A stretch of DNA of 63,183 bases, counting the filler, from Collodictyon triciliatum (taxonomy: Eukaryota): the NCBI GenBank assembly GCA_043381765.1. It is 6 parts of 5 records of this genome, joined end to end, with 100 filler letters (N's around TTAATTAATTAA, not from the genome) between each part and the next. Parts side by side here need not be neighbours in the genome. Positions count along the whole stretch, not along the records: positions 28,365 to 46,986 come from JBHJMP010000392.1; 5 more parts are not named here. One strand, written 5' to 3'. The notes beneath the pieces were generated by a model that saw only the letters and a list, made by a program, of their open reading frames with translations, was not told where the DNA came from and searched no databases. Shown here piece by piece: positions 32,379-43,900 of the stretch (the stretch's first letter is position 1; the number at the start of each line of letters is the position of its first letter). The position numbers were made by a program, and so were the translations under genes.

Positions 32379-34244
32379 TCAATTCTTTCCAAGATTCCTC
32401 TCTGTCATCTCGCGAGCAATCCCTTCGTATCTGTGGATTGAGCGTCAGTGATTCAATTACCAGAAGCTATAAGACATTATCGGTTTCCATGCGAGTAGAT
32501 GAAACAACTTCTGAATTTACATCCAAGTCCACATATATACCTTCTTTTTTCTTCCTCCGTCTCGCTCCTCCACATCTCCCCGACCATGAGCAAGATTTCC
32601 CTGTTTGTGACAAAAGGATTTTCCCGGCGTACTTGAGCCCGTCGCAGAGTGCAATAGGCGATATATGGATTGATTTCGGTAGCCTTCTTGCGCTTCGGTT
32701 GTTTTTTAGATGGAGTAGTTGAGAAAGAGTTTTGCAAAAAGGAGGGAATTGTTTCCTCCTTGGGGGTTGACCTCAGGCTGATGGCTTTGACGGGCTCTGG
32801 CCTTGTAATCTTTTTAGAAGTTGGGGACTGCAGGGTTGCATAAGGTTTCTCTTGGTGATGAGAGCTTTTCCTATGCGCATATGCATATGATGTTGCCTCC
32901 TTGTTACTCTCGCGCCGAATTACGTGTGTGCTACTTACTCTGAAGGGTTTACGGAATAAGATTTCGTTAAAATACCAGTCGAAATGTTGCATCTTTTGCA
33001 TACTTAATTATAACCTCCAGTAAAATTTGGGGGTTCATATCGACTGGTGATTAAATTCTACGTTTAATGTTTAAAAAATTCTTGTAAAATACTTACGTAG
33101 TTTCTCGAATATTAGACGCCATTGATGATGTCATGTTGGATTCTCTGATGCACGAGATGGAGTACTCTTTTTCGTCGCTTAGAGTTGTGTTACCCATGAT
33201 AGTCCTGTTTGTTAATTTACGATATGACTATCTCCAGTGTGTCTTAAACCATATATTTCTGCAAAGAAAGAATGATGTCTTTTTTTTTTTAGGACGATAA
33301 ACAAACGCTGCTTCCACTAGTTTTTGTATGTCATTGTAGTTGTTAGTTGTATCCTTTAAAATGGATGTGCAATTTCCCAGCTGGGTTTCGCTTAATGGAG
33401 GGTACATAATGGCCGAGTCTTGATGGAGGCTATGCAAGGGTGGCACACTAAACAATTTTCTATCTTAAAAAAGCATAACAGGGGAATCAATGTCTACATA
33501 GGAAAAGAGGAATGAATATTTGATAGCAATTTGTGAATAAGGAAAAAAAATCAACTTCCTCCTTCCACTTAGTAGCTACCATTATTTCTTAGAATTAAGG
33601 GTGTTGGGGTTGACGGGAAAATAGGAAAATTACAAATATTTATATACTAACTAAAGAGAGGCGGGATTTTGCATAAGCGACGGGAATCTTGAGTATGTAG
33701 ACAACACAGACGCAGTATCGGCTGGCAAGATTGAATCTCTCTGTACCGACTCACAGACTGGCGGTAAGAGTCCTGAGGTTGCTTAAAAATGAGCAATAGT
33801 GTATATTTCTTTTCTTATGATTTACTTTTCTCTGACTCACTGGCGCAATACACATTACTTTTATTGCAGAAAATATTCATCATAGTAATCGTTACCATGA
33901 TACGCAAATTGGAAGGGCTGTAGTTGGCTCTTGCTCTGCTCGGAGTGATGTGGTTGGTGTGATTGCAGGTATGATTGTTGAGATGGTTGCAATTGGTGAT
34001 GCAATTGTATTGGTGACTGCATAGACAAGTGAAAGTAAGACTGTGATAGATGGTCTTGACTTTGCATGGGGAGCGGATTCTGCGAGGATTGATCAACCGA
34101 GAAGCCACTTTGAGACGGCAGCATAAACACTCTTGGAAGGAGTTGGGAGGCATCCAGACTGGGTTGAAGCTGCACATACATTTGTGGGTATTCGGACGGA
34201 ACAATGCGGATGAATCCTTGTGGGGTGGCGTTGTCTCTCATCAT
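32379..34244 (-). CDS. HMG-box protein with Gln/Ser-rich N-terminus
   Basis: C-terminal INPYIAYCTLRRAQVRRENPFVTNREILLMVGEMWRSETEEEKRR|YEGIARE is an HMG-box pattern. N-terminal exon is Q/S/H-rich. Confidence 0.82.
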
Positions 34245-37200
34245 GGCCAGTCTTTGAGTAAGAGCTCCAAGTGGTCCTTTCTAGACAGGTTTTTTAATCT
34301 GGTTTTGGTAGTCAATATTAAGTAAAAGACATAAAACCAGTATGGAACCAAGGTAAACACAATGAGCTGATTTGCATAAAGCGAAGGGGAAAAGAGCAGA
34401 CAGAAGCAGGATATAATATTTGGAGGCTGGCGAATTTTTTTCCGCCGCCTGGGTAAGAATGGAACGTTCGTGTGTATGTGCACTATTACAAAAGAGATAT
34501 GTCTAATGTCGGAAAAATGATTGGGGTGGGGGGTGAATGAAAGTTTACGGAAAAATAAGACTGGGTGAAACTGGTCGTTTAATGGACAACGAGACGGCTT
34601 TGAATGATTGCGAAAGTAGCTTCATTCAAATAATTCGGTTGGATGCACGACCGTGGTGATTATGTATTAGTGATGGTGGTCTATAATTGTTGATGTGCGG
34701 CCTATGCTTTTCTTTGAAAGCTATCCTCTTTGGTCAACAACTTTGTTTGTCATATTGATACATTTACCCAATAGAGATTGTTTGAATTGTATAGGTTTGA
34801 TAGAAAAAATGTGGGTTTAGATATGACGCGTGACTAAGTGGCCTGAATAGTGCTGCATATATTTAAATTTTAAATGATTCCTTTGGATGACATAGCACCC
34901 ACCCAAAATAAAAAAAGTGGAGGGATGGCCTAAAGTCGATATTTTTTTCCTTCTCTTCTCCATACTCTTTTAATTGATTTTCATAAAGCTCTATGCTTGA
35001 TTGATCAACGTGGTGTTTTCCTCCTGCTGTCTTACCAGCCTAAAACCAATCGGGCCATACGACCGCACGCTGAATCAGATTCCTCTTTGTTGTCATAGAT
35101 TGTTCTTTCGCTTTGAGGAATGCCCACCATTACAACCCCCTTCTTCCATACGAAATACACGAGGGAACAATTTGCGGGTGCGAGGGCTTTCTTACACAGG
35201 GTTCTCAGGGCGCACCGTATTTTCCAGAGGACAAGCGGGGATGAATGAAACTGGGAAGGAAAGAGAAAGTGGTGTTTCCCTTTTTCTTTGAAGCGCAAAG
35301 CCCGACATGTTCTTGGCCCTCGGAAAATTTCAGCAAGTGAAGAAGTTTGTGGTGGGGGCGAATTCGAAGGGGGCTTATTCAAAAAGACGAATGCACAAGA
35401 AGTTTGCTGATTCGATTTGGTGGAGTGGGTTCGATGGAGGGAAGAGAAGGACACATTGGGGGCTTTCTATATGTGTTGTTCGACTGTGTATGACCTCTCC
35501 TTTTATCTTATTGTCTTTTCTCATTTCATTGAGCTTGGGTGATATGGAGGTGGTATGTGGGTGGGTACTTGTGTTTTTTTTTTTTTTGGCGGATAGTGGG
35601 ATGGCTTCGTGAATCAGTGGCCGTGCGGTTGCTCTACTTTGGTGCAAAGGGGTTGGGCTCACAAGAGAATACTTGAAAGTAGCGTGACCAAGCAAGTTAA
35701 TTAAAAAGTAATTATAACAACTCGACTGTAGCGGAAGGAAAAAAGGAGTAGAAATGAAAAGAGCAGAGGGAAGAAGAAAAGGTTTATTTATACACTCGGG
35801 CGGTATTTGCAGTGAGAGAAAACATCAAATGCACAAATAGAACAAAACAAAACAAAAACACAAATAACTAAGAAAAAATGCGATTGTTGGCCATGTGGCG
35901 GCGGTATATATGGATGATACAAAAGGCAAAAGCGAGCGAATAGGAAACCGTTCAGGAAAGAAAAAGAAAGAAAGAAACCGCTAATGAGCCACCACTAAAA
36001 ACACCGGCAGGAAAACAAAGCCCCACTCAACCCCTACAGTGAACCAGTGCCCCAGGTGTAATGCCACAGCGTAATTCGCTCAAGGTGCGATTCATGTGAA
36101 ACATGAACCAAGAAACACAGAAAGGAATAGAGCGGCAGAACAAGTGAAGGTAGCCAACATCTATAAGCGTGTAGTATTTTTGTATGTTTTCGTTCATCTT
36201 AGACTGTTTAGCGACAAATAAAGGCATCAACTGCTGGTATGTCGGAATAATGGGTTTCGTCGTGACAAAGGAATGTTCGCTCAGAACGCTCATTCAACAG
36301 ATATGTGTTGCAAGGCAGACTCCAGCAGCTTTCTATCTTCCCAGCTTGCTCAGCTGTTACAGCACTCGCTCACTTCGATGCATGCTGTTTCTTTTTCTGA
36401 ACGAATGCTCTCAACAAAGGCGCAGCTGTTTGAAAGGGCGCGCTTGTACAATTATTTGGGTGAAAGAGTATGAAGCACATAGCCCTGCTGCCAGATAATA
36501 GAATCCACACAACCGATATGCATCTAGCTGGAGGAGTGGCTTACTGAGCGTCGACTTTATAAAGAAACTCGTGTGCCACAACACCAAAAGGAAGCGGAGG
36601 TAAATATATATGTATGTATGCGCGGAGAGAGGATGAGACAGAGACGGAGAAACAAAGAGAAAGAAAGAAATATAGATACATGCTAATCGGCGCATAAAAC
36701 ACAATGCCTATGAGTAAAGCGTAGGACTTTAGCGGAATAAATAATTAGCTTAAAGCCACAAAGCAAGAGCATCGCTTGGAGGCCCACGAGTATGTAAGCC
36801 CATGATGATCCGTGGGGATATTAGTGTCCCGTTAACGGCAGTATATCTTCGCTTCTTGCACGCGATGGTCTTATTCTTGTTTGAATGAATCCTTTTTAGT
36901 CTCTTTGTGTGTTTTACAGGCGCCAGCAACCTTACGACTCAATACATTCACAAAGAAACAAAGCGTGTGCGCTCTTCTATTCAACTTTATTTTTTAAAGA
37001 AAGAAAAAGGACAAAAGAACAAATTCGAAGAAAAGCAATCATTTGTTCCCCAGAAAATGGCTAGAATACTTGCATCTACAAACCTGGTTCTTGAAGCAAA
37101 TGAAATAATCTCTTGTCTGACTATATGTTTTTTTTATTGACTTTATAGCCTCGGCCAATAAGAGAGAACGAGGATACTTTAACCTATATGTAGCGTTTTT

Positions 37201-38792
37201 TTTGGTTTTTTTTTTTTTTTGCTGAGAGCCCACAACAGCAACAAAAAAAAATAAGAAATATCAAAACAAAACCCAATGCACCTGCGAATTTAGCAAATAT
37301 TATCTAAAAAATTGCTTTGTGGGTTGTTAGGGTGAATTTGTTTCAGCTTGCTCTTTGATCTGATTTGATTTGAATTGGTTTCTTCTGATCTGATCTGATC
37401 TGATCTGATCTGCCTTTGTTTAATCGGCCGAAAGCGATCGGCACTCGCCCCGTTTATGGAAGCTGTGCGGATATTATTCTGCGAACCGAAAAATAGGCGG
37501 CTGCCTGCCAAATTACGATGATATATCCATATATGCACTGAAATGTTTCTTTCCATATGTGTGCTTCTTGTCTTCGCCGAAATTTCGACGCAATTTATTC
37601 TGGTATATTTCACCGAATGTTTCTGTTTGCAACCGAATATGGATGATGATGTGACGTCACCCTTTGCCACACTATATGCTTAACATGGTGATTTTGTTGT
37701 TGCCCTTACATGGTCATATTTCCAGCATTCTTTTTGTTTTAAGGCTAGTAAGTTTTGTTCGATTCATATATTATAGTACTCATACAGTTTTAACATTAAT
37801 CACGACTATCATGGAAATTATAATCCAATATTAGGAATATATATTTAATTTCCACATTTAATTCATTTTTTGGTTTTTAAAAATCTGATTTATCTGATTC
37901 TGATTCTGATTCTGATTCTGAATCGTAACAAACAGAAACCAAATCGCCAGAAACCGCATCGCCTGCGGCTGCAGACACAAAGGTAAGGCCCGTACAAGAT
38001 CCTTCCACCCACCACTGCATTCTGTATACAATCACGTCTCTGCCTTCATTTACTCATTCTATATATATATACACAAAAGCTCGCCTCCCATTTTCTTCTT
38101 CGATCCGCCAACCTTTTCTTCTGTTTGGTACTGTGTGTCTGTGTCTGTGTGTCGGTGTGCTGCTGATGACGAGAATATCCTTGCCCTGATCCTTTCCAAA
38201 AACTGCTTGCTTGGTTGCGACACACGGGCGGCTGGATTTTTCCCTCCCTCTCTTTAACGGGCATGGCGGAGTGGCAAGAAAAGGGAGCAGTGTTTGCATG
38301 TGTTTCAAGTAGCGAAGAGGTCGAGGTAGGCCTGCAACGATTTCTTTCGCACTATTATGTCTACACCATGAAGTTTGAGTATCTTTATTCTTTCTCCCTA
38401 GAGGCATTGGTAGCCCAATTCATCCTCTTTGTTACCTGTTTCTTTTGGAGAGGAGAAAAAGAGAAAATGCCCATGATCAGTACTGCTTTATTACAAAGAG
38501 CAAAAATTAGAACTCTTGCCAAAAAGTATTCTATGCCAAGTATTGAACAGGGGAAAATATACCGCTACATTCACGCTATACTGACATCATGCCAGTGTTG
38601 CTATGAAGAAGAAACATTTGCCACCGTCTTGCATATTCGTCTAGTTTGTGAAGATATGGGCTTGGGACCATTTACAAAGACTCATGCCAGGTTTTTGAGA
38701 TGGTAGCAAAGATATCCACTACGCGTAGTTTGTTTATCTTATCTCATATTCCGATGCCCAACAAGACCAATTGCAATCATACCCTACCCCAA

Positions 38793-39371
38793 CTATCCTT
38801 TTCTCTTTTTTTCTGGTCGAAAGAAAGATGAATAATACACCCAGCCACCCCTTTTGTCGTAATCCCTGCAGTTGAAATGATGTAAACACACGCAAGCCGG
38901 GAAGTTCCTTTCCCTGTTGTTCGCCCTGTCTGTCCACAGTGCGTCCGACATAATCACGGGAAGGGAAGCGAAGGGCACATGGGAGGCATCTTTGGTGAGT
39001 TGGGTTGTATCCTGGCTTTTCTTCAGCGTCCTCCTGTAACGCTTCATCTCACAGCGTATCACACAGTTGCCCAACGATTGATATCGTCCCTGTAGAGATA
39101 CAAAATCCACACAGTACGGGTGTTTGTCACCATGTCTTCCACTCGCTGCTTGAGATGCGACGGGAATGAGTATATCAGTGATATCCTTGTTTCATGGCAC
39201 ATCATTTCGTTTGTGTGTGTTTTGTTTCTATCTGCTTGATTGCGGTTCGATTCTTTGGCTGACTTGTGGTTGTGCGTACGAGAGAAAGGCGACGGGGTTG
39301 CTTGAAAGAAAGCGAGGGTATGCAAGTCCGGTCATGATAGAGCCTCTCGCCCGCTTCCCGGTCCGAAGCAT
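38793..39371 (-). CDS. Hypothetical protein (~166 aa, two exons), possible mitochondrial presequence
   Basis: Two open segments in the same frame are separated by a 78-nt GT..AG stretch (39263-39186) that contains both in-frame stops. The N-terminus MLRTGKRARGSIMTGLAYPRFLSS is R/S-rich and has no acidic residues. No family recognised. Confidence 0.35.
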
Positions 39372-39403
39372 GCCACCGACATACAAACACAGCCCAACTT
39401 TTC

Positions 39404-39570
39404 TCACTCACTCACTCAATCACCCACTCACTCAATCACCCACCCACTCACTCACTCAATCACTCACTCACTCACTCACTCACTCACTCACTCACTCACT
39501 CACTCACTCACTCACTCACTCACTCACTCACTCACTCACTCACTCACTCACTCACTCACTCACCCACTCA
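39404..39570. repeat. (CACT)n microsatellite
   Basis: Read directly from the sequence. Confidence 0.95.
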
Positions 39571-39710
39571 CCGACTCTCTCTCCCCCATTCATCTCCTCT
39601 ACATCACGAAATATAGGAACATGGAATGCGGTTGGATGCGACGCAAGACTTTTCTCAACTCTTTGGTTGCTTTCTTTCTTTAATTTTTCCGCCTAGCAAG
39701 CGTTCCTTAC

Positions 39711-40520
39711 TCAACCATCGTCTGCCAACACTGCATCATCGCCGTCTGAACTTGTGTCACTGGATTGAGTCTCCTTCATGTAGCAGGCCTTGAACTGCTG
39801 CGCGCGTGTATCAATCTCTCCATCCTCAAACTAAAAAAAAAAACAAATCAATCGGATTGGACGAAGGCACAATATCAGATATAACGTACATATAAAAAAA
39901 CGCTATCATCCACTGGTTGCCTTCGCTGGCTCAAGCGTCTGCTTACACACGCCAATAGCGCGCGGTGTTTTCTCGGGGGCATCATTATCATCATGATTGC
40001 CATCACCGTCATTTCCCAGGGTTTGTTCAGACCTCATATTCTGCGTAGTATGTGGTGAAACAGGCAAAGGACATGCAGCGCCGCACACAGTCCATCCGCT
40101 CATCGGTGTTGTCGATGCTGCCGCTACACTCGCTCGTCTTGCGACACTCGCCTTCTTTGTTGCGGTAGACGCGCTCCTGTGGTTTGGTTCGGGTTAGAAT
40201 AGGAGACTTCTGTGTGAGTCAGCCGAAAGAATCGCCCTTGTGCAGAATAAGCAGCAAGGAGGCAGGGAGTGCTTTTGTGTCTCGAGAAAAAAAAAAAAGA
40301 AAAAAGGAAGAAGGGACAAAAGAAAAGAAAAGAAAAGAAAATTAGAGTTATCTATATAAACACTTTTGTTGCCGTCTTCTTTGAGATGAGGGAGAGATAA
40401 TCGACAAAGAGGCCGAACCTGTTGCTTGTTGAATCGCCGCGCAGAGGATACTGCCTCGAGCGAAAGAGCTGCGCAAAGCAGGCCGAGGATCATTGCGCAG
40501 AAGAGCGTTCTTTGATTCAT
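39711..40520 (-). CDS. Small secreted cysteine-containing protein, DUF4787-like
   Basis: Signal-peptide-like MNQRTLFCAMILGLLCAALSLEA, then ...CVRRCMSFACFTTYYAEYE|FEDGEIDTRAQQFKAC. This resembles the DUF4787 pattern C..C.S..CY..Y...EEGEID.R...FK.C. Confidence 0.75.
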
Positions 40521-40965
40521 CACGCTTCCCTTTGATCACGAAGGTTTTGGTTGCGATTGCTGGTGTTTCTACAAGAAGCGAGCGTCCCAGGTAGATGTTC
40601 AGTTTATTGCTCGGGTGTTTGTTTGTGTGGGTTGTTTATTCTGCGGTTGTGTGCGTGTTGTGAAGCTGAATGGGAGCAACAAAGCCAAAGGGAGCGATGA
40701 GCGATGAGTGTGCGAGATAGATTGCTCGTTTGTGCTTTCGCTCAATCGGAGGACTCTGTGCCAAACACAAAGGGACACACGTTTTCCTTTACCTTTCTTT
40801 CAGTCTCGCAAGATTGCGCCCGGTAAACAGCAGCAGAATAGCGAAGGAATTAAGAATTAAGTAAAATGAAAGAGAAAGTTAAGAAAAAAGAAAAAAAAAA
40901 AGGGAGTAAAGAATAGATTTCAATGTGCGTGTGTGTTTGTCATCTTAACCATACACACATGAAAC

Positions 40966-43900
40966 TCATTTGGACGAGACAATGGTCTCACACGCCTGGG
41001 CAATCACATCATGCAAGATTGCCTCGGAGACCAAGTCGAGCGTGCCTGGGGAGAGAACTGGAATGGTGTCGGCTGTTGTCCGCAGCGTCCGAATGTCATA
41101 ACATACATGCTCCAAAAGATTGGCCAACTCTGACGGCTCGCTGGCACTTTGGAAGCACTCGATTTCATCAGTGCGGGAATGAAGCGCATATGTGTTTTTG
41201 CCCCATTCTTGAAGGCGGTCCAAAACGGTCTGGATCGTTGCAATAAGCGCATGAAACGTGTTGGTTATCAAATCATAATCGCTGATGGGTCTAAAATAGT
41301 ATGAATAATGATGATAATATATGTATTTTTTTTTTTTAAAGAAATAACGACTCAATTTCTCTGGTGTTTCGAACCTGTCTCAAAAGCTCTGGTGCGGGAG
41401 ACTTTGTGGATGTGAATAGTGGTTTTGCATTTGGTACCTATGGAAGTGGGTGATGCGTGTTTGTGGAGTGAATATGAAAGAAGTTTGTACATATGACATG
41501 ATTCTCTTCATGATTTAATTCTTTCTTCATACATTAAGAGATGGGATTTAGTTTGAATCGAATACAGGGGAAAAAAAAATGATATTTCATGAGAGAAAAC
41601 ACACGGATTTGAAGGCAAGAATAGGGTGTTGTGTTTTACCTTACTGGATGCCTCAACAAGCTCAGCAAGCACTTTATTTGTGGTTTCGAAAACAAGGAGG
41701 AAAATGGAAGCCTGAAGTTCATTGGACTGATTGAACTGGTCTTTCACCTTTCGCAAGTCGATTTCAGATACTGCAACATGGTTTTAGTTTTAAGATGCAA
41801 ACCGAGATTAGACTATTTGTGCAAGTCTTTTGTTGGGGGTCGAAATATCCATATATTCATCAAGCGCAAAGAGACAAGAATAATACATTTGGGCACCAGG
41901 TTGAATCCTCGCTGTTTATCTGTATACAGCTCGATGAATTTGTCCAATATCTTTGTCATGTATCCATATCCCTGCGATGAAATGTTCAGGTCACGTAGCT
42001 TAAGTAAACAGTGTTAATCACAAAAAGTTTGTCAAGTAGCACATGGATAAAGATAATTTTACTTGGTTGATAATCATATGTTCCCATTCGTCCAACTCTT
42101 CCTATCAATCATGAGGGTTGATTCAGATGGTCGTATAATCAAGTCACCGGATAAGCATACAATATTAAAATTTTTTTTCACACATAATTTTTTTTCGTAC
42201 CACGATGCTGTCATCAGATTTTGATGTACTCATTCCATTTGTAATAACTATTATTAACGTCATTATTATTACGCAGAGGGCGACCATACCGATGAGAGGA
42301 TATAAAACAAAATATGAAACTACAAGTAAATTCGTAAAACGAAAAAAAAATCTATAATACGTTTTTCAGTTATCTTGATTTTACATATTTATGTTCAGTT
42401 TTAAATTAAATCACCTTTAACGGAGCTTGTCAATGGCTTTGCACTCTTTGGGTCATTTTCAGGCGAATACCTTGTCTCAGGGGCAGTTCCTTCAGTTGAT
42501 TCCGAATGGAAATCATCATCTTCATCATCATACTCATCTTTTGCGATAATATTACTTCTAGGGGGAGCGGGAGGGGACGAACTTGAACTTTGTGTAATAT
42601 CAAGGGAGAACTTTGGCTGGTTAACATGTCCCTTCTTGTCATTGCTAGGAGACAGTTGTTCTCTAGAAAACAGTGAATTTTTTTCAGAAACGAAAAATAG
42701 AGCAAATACATGTTATAAAGGAAAAAAAAAAAGAAAGAGAAATATTTCCATTTTCACGTGAACCAACATACGATGTTTGCTTCTGAACCACGGGGGTTGA
42801 AGAGGTGAATGGATCCACAGTATCCATAAATGACAATCGTTGCTCATCCTTTTTGTGAGGCTCTGCAATCAACAAGCTGGTGGTTGCGTATTTTGAGTCA
42901 GCCGAGTCTACGCGAGATAAAAGTTGGGATGGGGACGATGATACCGAGTTTATCTTCCCGTCCACAGCGGAATGAGACGGGCTTTGGTCTGTTCCACTCG
43001 CTGACTTCGTATATGAAGAAGTCAGACTGGTATTCGAGCCGAAAAGAGACTGTGATGCTTTTTGCTCGGTATCGAGAGGTTTTGAGAAAGAGGGAATCAA
43101 AGTAGCCTTTGTTCCAAAAATCGAGTCATTTGGTTTTGGCTCTGTCTCAACCGATGGCTTCGGGAGCGAAGATGAAAAGCTTGTCTTTGAGCCGAAGATG
43201 GATTCGCTTTTATTTGGCCCTAAAATCGAATCATTTGGTTTTGGCTCTGTCTCAACCGATGGCTTCGGGAGTGAAGATGAAAAGCTTGCTTTTGAGCCGA
43301 AGATAGATTCGCTTTTATTCGGCCCTAAAATCGAATCATTTGGTTTTGGCTCTGTCTCAACCGATGGCTTCGGGAGCGAAGATGAAAAGCTTGTCTTTGA
43401 GCCGAGGATGGATTCGCTTTTATTCGGCCCTAAAATCGAGTCACTTGGTCTTTGTTCTGTGCCAACCGATGGCTTCGTAAATTGGGATAGAGGCTTCATC
43501 GGTTTTAATTCGGAAGCAAGAAATTCTGGGGTATCTCTAAAGTCATCGCCTAACTTCCCAACAGAATGTACGCCACCCTTAGAATCGAACTTGGATTCCG
43601 GATAAAAAGGTTTCTGGGTGGAGAGAGAGCCTTCTTTAGCTTCATAATTAGGATATCCATGTTGAGATGCCTGTTTCAGAGATAAAGCGTCGTAGCCAGT
43701 GCTGTATTTGCTTGATGTTGGAGTGGACAAGGAGACGTTGGAGTTGCTTGTTTTAAGCTCGCTTGGGGCCTGAGCAGATTTAATTGATTCGCGTGTTTCA
43801 TTGATGTGTTGATCAATTCTGCTTATGTTCTGCCGTAATTCATTCTTTTTCTGCTCCGTTTCTATGGCTTTTTGTTCCTTCTTGAGATTTTGCAAGGTTG

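Noticed and set aside
36700-36840. U12-snRNA-like ATGCCTATGAGTAA and a C-box-like ATGATGA with a small hairpin
   Set aside because: Short partial matches only. It lacks the GTAAGGAA branch-pairing motif, an Sm site and a D box.
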